The position numbers and the translations under genes were made by a program. Below the pieces are notes generated by a model. It saw nothing but the letters and a program-made list of their open reading frames with translations. It did not search any database and was not told where the DNA came from. Positions 1 to 8,054 of a DNA stretch of 37,590 nt are shown here, piece after piece. Within the stretch, counting starts at the first letter, position 1. Each line of letters starts with the position of its first letter. This DNA comes from an uncultured Oscillospiraceae bacterium (GTDB lineage: Bacteria > Bacillota > Clostridia > UMGS1810), in assembly GCA_964606825.1 (NCBI GenBank), contig CAZSIY010000001.1:1-37590 (forward strand), written 5' to 3'.

Positions 1-2
1 AA

Positions 3-788
3 TTGGACACCGGCATGGGGCGTATAGGCTTTGTTTGCGGAGATGACGACGAAATTACTGCCGATGAGATATTTAATATTTCCGAGCTCGGCGCAATTTG
101 CGTAAAAGGTATTTTTTCGCATTTTTCAAAGGCGGACGAAGAGGATTTGAGCTATTGCCGAATACAGTTTGAACGATTTGAAAAAATGTGCTCTTTGCTT
201 GAAAAAAGAGGACTTCATATCCCCATAAAGCACATTTGCAACAGTGCGGGAATTATGAATTTCCCTCAGTATCACATGGACATGGTGCGTTGCGGAATTA
301 TAACATACGGTCTTTATCCCTCGGATTGCATTGCAAAAGATAAGCTAAATCTTATCCCGGCAATGACGGTAAAGGCAAAAATCGTAAACATAAAAACAGT
401 TAAGCACGAAAGTCCCATAAGCTATGGCGGAAATTACGTCGCGGAGACGGGTAAAAAAATTGCCACAATCGCAATAGGCTATGCCGATGGCTTTTCAAGA
501 ACATTGTCGGGCCAAACAAGCGTCCTCATTCGCGGAAAGCGCGCAAAAATTGTGGGTAATATATGCATGGACCAGTGCATGGCGGACGTCAGCGAAATTG
601 ATGACATAGATTTAAACGATGATGTTATAATATTCGGCTCTGACGGCAATAATACAATTACCGTAGAATTTGTTGCTTCCCTTTTGGGCACGATAAACTA
701 TGAGGTTGTATGCTCCATCGGCAGACGAATTCCCCGTGTTTACATACAAAACGGGAAAACCGTAAACATCCTGAACTACCTTTTGTGA
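3..788 (+). CDS. alr: Alanine racemase, C-terminal part (5' end lies outside the window)
   Basis: The ORF is open from the window edge. Motifs PISYGG, IAIGYADGFSR, GNICMDQCM and INYEVVC are typical of PLP-dependent alanine racemase. It is followed by mazEF, as in B. subtilis alr-ndoAI-ndoA. Confidence 0.9.
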   Translation: MDTGMGRIGFVCGDDDEITADEIFNISELGAICVKGIFSHFSKADEEDLSYCRIQFERFEKMCSLLEKRGLHIPIKHICNSAGIMNFPQYHMDMVRCGIITYGLYPSDCIAKDKLNLIPAMTVKAKIVNIKTVKHESPISYGGNYVAETGKKIATIAIGYADGFSRTLSGQTSVLIRGKRAKIVGNICMDQCMADVSEIDDIDLNDDVIIFGSDGNNTITVEFVASLLGTINYEVVCSIGRRIPRVYIQNGKTVNILNYLL

Positions 789-811
789 TTTTTGTATGGC
801 AAAATATACAT

Positions 812-840
812 TTGACAATGCGGCTTAAAAATTATATAAT
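812..840 (+). promoter_or_regulatory. Sigma-A type promoter for mazEF: TTGACA, 17-nt spacer, TATAAT
   Basis: TTGACA at 812-817, an exact 17-nt spacer, and TATAAT at 835-840, in the alr-mazE spacer. Confidence 0.6.
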
Positions 841-856
841 TGTACTATATCAATTT

Positions 857-868
857 TACCGTACGGTA
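857..868. promoter_or_regulatory. Perfect 12-bp palindrome TACCGTACGGTA, a candidate MazE/MazEF autoregulatory operator
   Basis: Perfect palindrome about 17 nt downstream of the -10 box and upstream of the mazE RBS (GGGGG at 882-886). The operator role is inferred. Confidence 0.3.
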
Positions 869-887
869 GTTTACACGGATAGGGGGC

Positions 888-1172
888 ATGATTATTTTGT
901 CACGGCAAAAAAAAATACTCATAAGTTTACCCGATACACTGCTTACAGAAGTCGACAGCCTGGCGCTTGCTCGGAATGTCAACAGAAGTGAGTTTATACG
1001 CGAGGCTATGAGGCAGTACATTCACCAAAAGAAAAAAGCCGATTTGAATGATGAACTTAAAAAAGGCTATGAGGCAATGTCGGAAATAAATCTTGAAATT
1101 GCGGAGTTTTGCTTTTCGGCAGATGATATCCAGCAACGAAGCTACGAGGAAAAACTTGCGGAGTGTGAATGA
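888..1172 (+). CDS. mazE: Ribbon-helix-helix (CopG/MazE/EndoAI-type) antitoxin
   Basis: [37 protein letters not shown] is an RHH fold signature. Its stop overlaps the mazF start (ATGA at 1169-1172). The ATG at 888 lies only 1 nt after the GGGGG RBS, so the TTG at 897 is an alternative start. Confidence 0.8.
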   Translation: MIILSRQKKILISLPDTLLTEVDSLALARNVNRSEFIREAMRQYIHQKKKADLNDELKKGYEAMSEINLEIAEFCFSADDIQQRSYEEKLAECE

Positions 1173-1522
1173 TTTTGATGGTAAAAAGAGGAGATATTTT
1201 CTACGCGGATTTAAGTCCCGTTGTCGGTTCAGAGCAGGGCGGAGTGCGCCCGGTTTTGGTTATTCAAAACGACGTGGGAAATAAGTACAGTCCAACCGTA
1301 ATAGTAGCCGCCATAACGTCGCAGATAAACAAGGCAAAAATGCCCACTCACCTCGAACTTCCGGGCGACGAGTACGGCCTCAGCAAAAATTCGGTAATAC
1401 TTGCCGAGCAAATAAGAACCGTTGATAAAAGAAGGCTTAAAGAAAAAATAGGTCATCTTGACGAAATTCTTATGAATAAAATCAATATCGCGCTGAAAAT
1501 CAGTTTCGGAATTGACGATTAA
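1169..1522 (+). CDS. mazF: MazF/EndoA (PemK family) mRNA interferase toxin
   Basis: [31 protein letters not shown]...[21 protein letters not shown] closely resembles B. subtilis EndoA (NdoA). An alternative ATG is at 1178. Confidence 0.92.
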   Translation: MILMVKRGDIFYADLSPVVGSEQGGVRPVLVIQNDVGNKYSPTVIVAAITSQINKAKMPTHLELPGDEYGLSKNSVILAEQIRTVDKRRLKEKIGHLDEILMNKINIALKISFGIDD

Positions 1523-1545
1523 GTTGCAAAAGGAGATGCAGACAT

Positions 1546-2034
1546 ATGAAATTTTCAAAATCAAAAATACTTATACCCACGATTGTTGTTTCGGCGGTAA
1601 TTGCCGCTTCGACTTTCATGGCAATTGCTTCCCCCGGGAGCGAAGACGACCCGCTTATAACTCTTTCTTATATAAACGAAAAGGTTATTCCGTCGCTTAA
1701 AGAGTACATTGACTCAAAAATATCCGATGCGCCTCAAAAGGGTGAAACCGTGAATTCCGCATCGCTGGGTTATACTCTTGTAAACGTGAAAGCAAATCAT
1801 AAAATCATAGGTGCCGAGGGCACGGAGTTTGTTTTGAGAATGGGCTCGGGCACAATAGTTGCCACGGAAAACGGAGGTGTTGCCGATCTTACCGCAGGCG
1901 AAGACCTTGCAAACGGAACACCAATTCCCTCAAATCATAACCTTCTTTCGCCCAAAAATGACTCAAGAGGCCTTAAAATGACTACCGACGGAATTGTGCT
2001 TATAAAGGGAACATACACCGTTATTCCTGAATAA
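1546..2034 (+). CDS. Hypothetical secreted or N-terminally membrane-anchored protein (162 aa)
   Basis: AGGAG RBS upstream. N-terminal hydrophobic segment ILIPTIVVSAVIAASTFMAIASP. No family recognised by eye. Followed by a strong terminator. Confidence 0.6.
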   Translation: MKFSKSKILIPTIVVSAVIAASTFMAIASPGSEDDPLITLSYINEKVIPSLKEYIDSKISDAPQKGETVNSASLGYTLVNVKANHKIIGAEGTEFVLRMGSGTIVATENGGVADLTAGEDLANGTPIPSNHNLLSPKNDSRGLKMTTDGIVLIKGTYTVIPE

Positions 2035-2048
2035 AAAATTGCGTTGCC

Positions 2049-2092
2049 GCGAAGCAAATATCTCTCAAATGGGGAATTTGCTTCGCTTTTTT
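2049..2092 (+). terminator. Rho-independent terminator between convergent genes
   Basis: 11-bp perfect stem GCGAAGCAAAT (2049-2059) / ATTTGCTTCGC (2076-2086) followed by TTTTTT (2087-2092). It also lies just past the stop of the minus-strand kinase gene, but that direction has no adjacent U-tract. Confidence 0.75.
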
Positions 2093-2117
2093 CTTTGCGG
2101 GAAAATTGCTTTCAAAC

Positions 2118-3839
2118 TCAGTATTCATCGGGTGTTCCGTGATAGAGTATCAAATTTTTCGGGGGGGGGGGTAGACCTAAACAAATTCGCACGTGAGTGC
2201 CGTTTTCGCCCGTATCCACAAAGCTTATTTTGCCGCTGTTTCCGTATTCGAAGCGAAGCCTTTCGGATATGTTGAAAAGTCCGTATCCGATTTTGTCATC
2301 ACGATCTTTAAATACGTTTTTCAAAGTGTCGTCATCTATCCCGCAACCATTGTCCGTTACGTCAAAAACTATGGTATTATCGTGAGAAAGATATCCGATG
2401 ACATGAATTATGCCTTTGTGCGAAATGTTCTTAAATCCGTGTTTTATGCAGTTTTCCACCACGGGTTGAAGAATGATTTTCAGCATTTTCATCTCCATAA
2501 TATCTTCTTCAACGTCAAACTCAATGTCAAACATGTCGTTAAATCTCATTTTTTCTATGAAAACATAGTTTTTTACAAGTGATATTTCGTCGCGCACGGT
2601 TATATAGTTTTCGCCGCGGCTGAGAGATATTCTGAAGTAAGAGGCAAGGGCAAGCACGATTTTTTCGATTTCCGTTTGGTTTGTTTCTCGTGCTTTCCAG
2701 CATACAATGTCTAAGGCGTTGTAAACAAAGTGGTGTTTTATTTGCGCTTGAAGTGTGCAAAGCCGAGCGAGGTGCTTTTGCTCGCGTTCGTCCTCGTTCT
2801 TTTTCATAAGGTCTTTAATTCTTATAACCATGTCGTTAAATTGGTTTTCAAATGCCGCAATTTCTCCGCCGCACTTTTTGGGACGATAAGTTTCGGGAGA
2901 ATTTGCAAAGGCCGTTATGTCGGCATTTGCGTTTCTTATACTCTTTAAGCAGTTTTTCGAAATTATTGTGCTTATTGAAAGTGACAGCGCAATAGATGCC
3001 AAAAGCATAAATGCGTTAAACTTTTTGAGCATGTTTGTAATGGCAAAAAGGTTGTCGTAAGAGGCAACCGTGGTAAGTTTCAAATTGCCTGTAAATGCCG
3101 ATGACACTTCAAATGTGCGCACCAAGTTTTTAAATATTTTGTCATCTCCCGCGGAAAAATCGGGAATAAAAAGCTCTTTTCCCACAACGCTTTTGTCCGT
3201 GCATGAAATAACCCTGTCGGAAAGAGTTATGTAGCACGAAATACTATCTATTTGCAAGTTTGAATAAAGCGAATTCACATAGTTTTCGTCGGAATAAAAC
3301 AATATATAGCCTACGGCGTTGCCGGTGTAGTAGTTGTGAAGCTTCCTTACGGAAACAACGCATTTTTTGTTGTTGCACTCAATAATTTTGGGCAATATTT
3401 TAAATTCCTTGTTGTCTACAGTGCTTAAAAAATCCTCTGTTACCTCTGCGGGGAGCTCTTCTATGCCGTAGCCATAGGAATATACGTTTGATGCATATAT
3501 AATTTGCGCGCCGGTTATACATTCGCTTCCCGAAAAGCCTTCTTCCATTATTTTTTTAATGTCTTTTCCTTGCTGAACACTGCTTATTTTCTCGGGGTTC
3601 ATTGTGATATACAGGTAGTTTGATGTGAGCTGTTCTTCAAAAAACGAAAACTCGTATTCCACTTGCTTTGAAAGCGACATGAGATATTCGTTTATGTATT
3701 TGTCGGCAACTATGTTTACCGTGTATGTTCTAAAGCAAAAGTAAATGGCGAGGGTGGGAACTAACGAGAAAATCACCATAAACGCAAACAGCACGTTTCT
3801 TATGGAGCATGTTTTGCAAATATAGCGTACAATGTGCAT
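2118..3839 (-). CDS. Sensor histidine kinase, YesM/LytS-like (TM, extracytoplasmic domain, TM, HAMP, His_kinase, HATPase_c)
   Basis: LQAQIKHHFVYNALD is the H-box of PF06580-type kinases. The ATPase motifs are QPVVENCIKHG, DNGCGID and GYGLFNISERL. There are two hydrophobic segments. The start overlaps the response-regulator stop (TAATG). Confidence 0.9.
   Translation of the reverse strand: MHIVRYICKTCSIRNVLFAFMVIFSLVPTLAIYFCFRTYTVNIVADKYINEYLMSLSKQVEYEFSFFEEQLTSNYLYITMNPEKISSVQQGKDIKKIMEEGFSGSECITGAQIIYASNVYSYGYGIEELPAEVTEDFLSTVDNKEFKILPKIIECNNKKCVVSVRKLHNYYTGNAVGYILFYSDENYVNSLYSNLQIDSISCYITLSDRVISCTDKSVVGKELFIPDFSAGDDKIFKNLVRTFEVSSAFTGNLKLTTVASYDNLFAITNMLKKFNAFMLLASIALSLSISTIISKNCLKSIRNANADITAFANSPETYRPKKCGGEIAAFENQFNDMVIRIKDLMKKNEDEREQKHLARLCTLQAQIKHHFVYNALDIVCWKARETNQTEIEKIVLALASYFRISLSRGENYITVRDEISLVKNYVFIEKMRFNDMFDIEFDVEEDIMEMKMLKIILQPVVENCIKHGFKNISHKGIIHVIGYLSHDNTIVFDVTDNGCGIDDDTLKNVFKDRDDKIGYGLFNISERLRFEYGNSGKISFVDTGENGTHVRICLGLPPPPKNLILYHGTPDEY
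2161..2171. repeat. Homopolymeric G11 tract (C11 on the coding strand) inside the 3' tail of the histidine kinase gene
   Basis: 11 consecutive G at 2161-2171, encoding LPPPP in the last 20 codons of the kinase ORF. Confidence 0.9.
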
Positions 3840-5416
3840 TATACATCATCTCCCGAACAGTAGAAACTGGGAGAATGACCGGTATTTTTCTTAAAAATTC
3901 GGCTGAAATATTTCGTGTTTGAATACCCCACCATTTGCCCCACTTCGTAAATTTTGTATTCGTTTGATTTTAAAAGCGTTATGGCGGTTTTTATTCTGTG
4001 GTCGGTAAGATATTGACCGTAGGTTTTTCCCGTTTCTTTTTTAAATATTCTCATAAAGTGGTTTGTGCTCACGTACAGCTGGTTTGCCACATACGCCGCC
4101 GTGAGAGGCTCGGCGTAGTTCGTCATGGTGTATATTATCGCATTTTGAACCATTGGCGAAAACTTTTGCGACATTATTATCTCGGGATTGTCTGCCAGCA
4201 CCGAGATGAGGTTGTTTATCCAAATGTGAATGTCCGATATCGTTTCAAGCTGCTGAAGTTCGCTTGATGGCACAAGATTTCTTCCGAGAACTCCGGTAAG
4301 CGCCACGGAATTTTTTACACATTCTTTGATTATATATATCGAAAGCTCCAAAATGTTGTTTCTTATGTCTTCTAACTCAACACGATTGCTTCCCGAAAAT
4401 TTTTCGAAATAAGAGCTTACAAATGCCGTTGCGCCGGTTTTGTCAAACTTTTTAATCATGTTGCAAAGAGCATATATCTCTTTTTGGGTAAGCGGCGGCA
4501 CGCGACCTGAATTTTTAATGCTCACGTGGGAGTAGTCTATTATGCAGTCGTTTCCGAAATACGATATGCTCTCAAGCGCCTTTAAAGATTGCTTGAGCGC
4601 GTGAGATATTGCGGTGATTTTGTTGAAAATAAGTGAAATTCCTATGGTAAGGCTAACGCCGGTCAAGGTTTTAAATTCGCTTCTTATTCTGTTTAAAACT
4701 TTAAGTATGCATTCAAAGCCGCTGGAACGATTTTCAAAAATCAAAATAGGCACGTTTTTGCTTGAAAGTGCGTTTACAATTATAAAATGCTTGTCTGTAA
4801 GAGTGATATTGTTTAAAATATCCACAAGCGCAAAGTGAAGATTGTCAAAATTCGAGTTTTCTTTTAAATCTATGTGTACAAGTGCAACAAGGTAGTTTCT
4901 TTGGGGCAAAGTTACCTTGAATTTTTCGCATATTTCGTTAAATTTTTCGGTGTTTAGATTTTGCGTGTTTAAAAGTGTGTGTAAAAACTGGGAGTTGTTG
5001 TAATTTGTGTATGTTTTCATTATTTTTGAATTCATTTTGTGCATGTCTATTTTCTTGCGTACATTTTCGAGTGATTTTAAAAATTCGTCTTTTTCAAGAG
5101 GTTTTAAAAGGATTTGGTGCACGTTTTGTTCAATTGCCGCTTGAGCTACGTGAAAATCTTCAAATCCGGTAACAATTATTATTTCGGTTTGTATGTCACA
5201 GCTGCGTATTGAATTTATAAGAGCCAACCCGTCGCCGTCGTTCATTCTTATGTCGGTGATGAGAAGCTCGGGTTCCAAACGTCGGCACACCTCAAAAGCC
5301 TCGTTTCCGCTTTTGCAACGCGCAACGATTTTAAATCCCAATTCTTCCCAGTTTATAAAGCCGGCAAGGCCTTCAAGAACACTGCTTTCGTCATCAACAA
5401 GTACTACACTATACAT
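3839..5416 (-). CDS. Response regulator, YesN-like (REC plus AraC-type HTH)
   Basis: N-terminal VVLVDDE...LLITDIRMNDGDG...LLKPL receiver motifs. C-terminal AraC HTH (YVSTNHFMRIFKKETGKTYGQYLTDHRI...GYSNTKYFSRIFKKNTGHSP). Confidence 0.9.
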   Translation of the reverse strand: MYSVVLVDDESSVLEGLAGFINWEELGFKIVARCKSGNEAFEVCRRLEPELLITDIRMNDGDGLALINSIRSCDIQTEIIIVTGFEDFHVAQAAIEQNVHQILLKPLEKDEFLKSLENVRKKIDMHKMNSKIMKTYTNYNNSQFLHTLLNTQNLNTEKFNEICEKFKVTLPQRNYLVALVHIDLKENSNFDNLHFALVDILNNITLTDKHFIIVNALSSKNVPILIFENRSSGFECILKVLNRIRSEFKTLTGVSLTIGISLIFNKITAISHALKQSLKALESISYFGNDCIIDYSHVSIKNSGRVPPLTQKEIYALCNMIKKFDKTGATAFVSSYFEKFSGSNRVELEDIRNNILELSIYIIKECVKNSVALTGVLGRNLVPSSELQQLETISDIHIWINNLISVLADNPEIIMSQKFSPMVQNAIIYTMTNYAEPLTAAYVANQLYVSTNHFMRIFKKETGKTYGQYLTDHRIKTAITLLKSNEYKIYEVGQMVGYSNTKYFSRIFKKNTGHSPSFYCSGDDV

Positions 5417-5442
5417 ACTTGCACCTCCGTTAAATAATTGTG

Positions 5443-6396
5443 TTACTTAAAGTGTTTCATTTTAATGTTTATAGTTTCGAGCGGCTCCATCATGTATTTT
5501 ACAATAAGGCGCGCACATAAAAAACATAGTGTTCCCACTATCAAAATTATTGCAAAAGCTATCGGTTTTATCATGTTTATAAAAAGCGAGTTATCGCTTG
5601 AGCCGGTTTTGGCTACCGTAAATACGTTGTAATTTCTGTTGTATTGCCTGGTTGTAAAGGTGTTTTTCTCGGAAAAAGGCGGGTGGTTTTTGCTATCTAA
5701 CGTGGAAGAGCTTACTCTTTTTCCGTCGCTTAGGTTGTAAGCATTTTCACCGAAATCCAGATAAACAGTGGTTTCTTTTGTAAAATATTCGTCCGTGCTT
5801 AAGATGCTTTTTAAATAATTCATGTTTATAAGCTCAAACACGTAAAACACGGGACTGCCCTCGGCGGAATACACCGCTTCGCCGTATACGAAAGACGATG
5901 GCACGGCACACTTTTTCCCCTCGGGATTTATATAAATCTTTTCGTCGGGCGTGTAACATATAAAGCGCTTTTTTTCTTTAAAATTTTTAAGTATTCCGCA
6001 TTTTTTCAAAGCCTCGCCGTTTAATCTGCCAAGATGGGAAGCATATTCACCCGAGGTGTTAAAAATAACAATGTCGCTCAAACCCGAATTTGAGCGGTAT
6101 TTGGCAATATTTAGCATAACGTCCTTAATTTGAGCGGAAGAATAGGTTCGTATTCCCGCGGCGGTGTAATCGTCTTTGCAGTCGTTAAAAAACAAAGACG
6201 TGCTCATGGAGAGCTGGTTAAAGTAGGAATCTATGTTTTCCGCGTGCATTTTCGAAAGGGTAGACACTTTTGAAACGTAGTCGGCGTACAAAAGGTGCCT
6301 GTATGATATATAATTTACCAGCAAGTAGCATGTTATTATAAGTATTACCGATAATGTGAGCATGGCTGTCGAACGCCGTTTTAAATTCTTAAACAT
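5443..6396 (-). CDS. Membrane protein consisting only of a YesM-type sensor module (TM1, extracytoplasmic domain, TM2, first HAMP helix). No kinase core.
   Basis: The layout and local motifs parallel the N-terminus of the adjacent kinase (ADYVSKVSTLSKMHAENIDSYFNQL vs ADKYINEYLMSLSKQVEYEFSFFEEQL; PVFYVFELINMNYLKSIL vs AVGYILFYSDENYVNSLY). It ends 26 nt before the regulator gene. I prefer the ATG at 6396 (RBS GGTGA); the TTG at 6447 used in the ORF track lies inside the predicted promoter. Confidence 0.6.
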   Translation of the reverse strand: MFKNLKRRSTAMLTLSVILIITCYLLVNYISYRHLLYADYVSKVSTLSKMHAENIDSYFNQLSMSTSLFFNDCKDDYTAAGIRTYSSAQIKDVMLNIAKYRSNSGLSDIVIFNTSGEYASHLGRLNGEALKKCGILKNFKEKKRFICYTPDEKIYINPEGKKCAVPSSFVYGEAVYSAEGSPVFYVFELINMNYLKSILSTDEYFTKETTVYLDFGENAYNLSDGKRVSSSTLDSKNHPPFSEKNTFTTRQYNRNYNVFTVAKTGSSDNSLFINMIKPIAFAIILIVGTLCFLCARLIVKYMMEPLETINIKMKHFK

Positions 6397-6437
6397 CAAT
6401 TCACCGTTTTCGTCATTTAATGTTGTTTTACGATAAA

Positions 6438-6466
6438 ATATTATCAAAGTTTTTTACCAAATTCAA
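6438..6466 (-). promoter_or_regulatory. Candidate sigma-A promoter for the sensor-RR-HK operon
   Basis: On the minus strand: TTGAAT (6466-6461), 17-nt spacer, TAATAT (6443-6438). Confidence 0.4.
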
Positions 6467-6540
6467 TAAATCCGATGTCGAATGTCCTCATTTGAAACCA
6501 TTATGGTGTAAAAATGCACCAAAATGTCAGTTTTGTTATG

Positions 6541-6569
6541 TTGTCAATTTAAAGGCTGTACGTTAAAAT
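6541..6569 (+). promoter_or_regulatory. Candidate sigma-A promoter for the ABC transporter and surface-protein operon
   Basis: TTGTCA (6541-6546), 17-nt spacer, TAAAAT (6564-6569), about 40 nt upstream of the binding-protein start. AAAATG direct repeats at 6511-6516 and 6521-6526 lie just upstream. Confidence 0.5.
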
Positions 6570-6607
6570 ATATTTACAGTACAAAAATAAAACGGAGGTA
6601 TATTTTT

Positions 6608-7996
6608 ATGAAAAGGATACTCACAGCAGCACTTGCCGCGATACTTGCTTTTTCGGCGGTAGGATGCGGCAAAGAACAAAAAACATCATCTTCCGACAAA
6701 ATTCAAATTTCAGTCGGAGCGTGGCCGTCGGAAGAAGGAAATCCCAAAGGCTATGCACAGTACATGGACGTAAAGGAACGTTTTGAGGAAAAATATCCCA
6801 ATATCGAAATTATTCCCGATACATGGTCTTTCAGCTTGGATAACTTCCTTGCAAAAGCCGCAAGCGGAAATCTTCCCACAGTGTATGAAGCATATTTTAC
6901 CGAGGGCAAGAGAATTATAGAGGCGGGTTATTGCTCGGATCTTACAAAGTATTTTAAAGAATACGGCTATGAAGACAAAATTAACCCCGCACTTAAAGAG
7001 CTCGTTTCCAAAGACGGAAAATATTACATGATACCGAAGTCAGCTTATACAATGGGTCTTTATTTAAGCAAGTCTTTGTTTGAAAAGGCAGGCGAAGTAA
7101 ATGCCGACGGAAGCCTTAAAATTCCTCAAACATATGAGGAACTTGCCGAAACCGCAAAGAGAATTAAAGATAAAACAGGTCAGCGCGGACTTGTTGTTTG
7201 TACGGCAAACAACACCGGCGGTTGGAACTTTTTAAACATTGCTTGGTCTTATGGCGTAGAGTTTATGAAACAAGACAAAGACGGAAAGTGGAAAGCTACT
7301 TTCGATACAAAAGAATGTGTCGATGCACTTCAGTACATGAAAGATTTAAGATGGAAATACGACGTTATTCCCGAAACAACATTTGCCACAAACACAGAAC
7401 AGCAGAAGTTCTTTGGAACGGATCAGGCGGCAATGTTTATAGGAACTCCTCCCCAGGACGAACTTATCACAATGTACGGCATGAACCCCAACGACATTTG
7501 CATTTCCTCGCTTCCCGCTGGCCCCGGTGGAAGATATGCCCAGGTTGGCGGCGTGTTTAACGTAATTAAGCAAGGGTGCACCGACGAAGAAATAGATGCG
7601 GCAATCAAATGGATAGAGTTCAGCAACGCCGGCATGTCCATAGATGACGATGCCAAAAAGACAATGGAAGACTCTTACAAAGTAAGACAGGAAAAAGGCC
7701 TTCCCATAGGTTTCTATCAGTTCTCGCCTTGGACAGACAGCGCCGAGAGAAACGAATACGAAAAAGCTATCGTAGATAAATACGCAAATATCGATGCAAT
7801 AAATGTAAAAGAGTTCAACAATCCTCCCGCCGAGCTTAAATTAAAGCCGGAAGAGCCGATTAACTGCCAGGAGCTTTACGCAGTGCTCGATGCATGTATT
7901 CAGGAAGTAATAGCAAATAAAGATGCGGATTGCGCGGCACTTATAAAGAAAGCGGCAAAAGACTTCCAAAAAGATTATCTTGACTCAGCAGAATGA
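6608..7996 (+). CDS. ABC transporter extracellular solute-binding lipoprotein (CUT1 / family 1, LplA-like size)
   Basis: GGAGG RBS then the ATG at 6608. Signal peptide with a lipobox-like AVGC (MKRILTAALAAILAFSAVGCGK). Typical sugar-SBP content, followed by two permease genes. The ORF-track start at 6524 adds an implausible N-terminal extension. Confidence 0.9.
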   Translation: MKRILTAALAAILAFSAVGCGKEQKTSSSDKIQISVGAWPSEEGNPKGYAQYMDVKERFEEKYPNIEIIPDTWSFSLDNFLAKAASGNLPTVYEAYFTEGKRIIEAGYCSDLTKYFKEYGYEDKINPALKELVSKDGKYYMIPKSAYTMGLYLSKSLFEKAGEVNADGSLKIPQTYEELAETAKRIKDKTGQRGLVVCTANNTGGWNFLNIAWSYGVEFMKQDKDGKWKATFDTKECVDALQYMKDLRWKYDVIPETTFATNTEQQKFFGTDQAAMFIGTPPQDELITMYGMNPNDICISSLPAGPGGRYAQVGGVFNVIKQGCTDEEIDAAIKWIEFSNAGMSIDDDAKKTMEDSYKVRQEKGLPIGFYQFSPWTDSAERNEYEKAIVDKYANIDAINVKEFNNPPAELKLKPEEPINCQELYAVLDACIQEVIANKDADCAALIKKAAKDFQKDYLDSAE

Positions 7997-8003
7997 TTTG
8001 TAG

Positions 8004-8032
8004 ATATGCGGCGGTGGTTATCCGCCGCATAT
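8004..8032 (+). other. GC-rich perfect hairpin (11-bp stem, 7-nt loop) without a U-tract, directly after the binding-protein stop
   Basis: ATATGCGGCGG (8004-8014) / CCGCCGCATAT (8022-8032). Followed by ATCAACGG, not a T-run. Either an intercistronic stabiliser or a partial terminator. Confidence 0.5.
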
Positions 8033-8054
8033 ATCAACGGAAAGGAAGTACATA

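Noticed and set aside
710-991. 93-aa plus-strand ORF overlapping the end of alr and the mazE promoter and start.
   Set aside because: It runs out of frame through the alr 3' end, the consensus promoter and mazE, and its translation has no recognisable features. The alr and mazE frames fully explain this region.
2161-2171. The G11 tract as an ON/OFF phase-variation switch for the histidine kinase.
   Set aside because: All three reading frames terminate within 17 codons of the tract, and the tract lies after the last conserved ATPase strand. Slippage would alter only the tail, not abolish the protein. I kept it as a lower-interest finding instead.
6524-6607. N-terminal 28-codon extension of the binding protein (ORF-track start at 6524).
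   Set aside because: The extension (MSVLLCCQFKGCTLKYIYSTKIKRRYIF) would bury the signal peptide and overlaps the predicted promoter (6541-6569). The ATG at 6608 has a GGAGG RBS and starts a normal lipoprotein signal.
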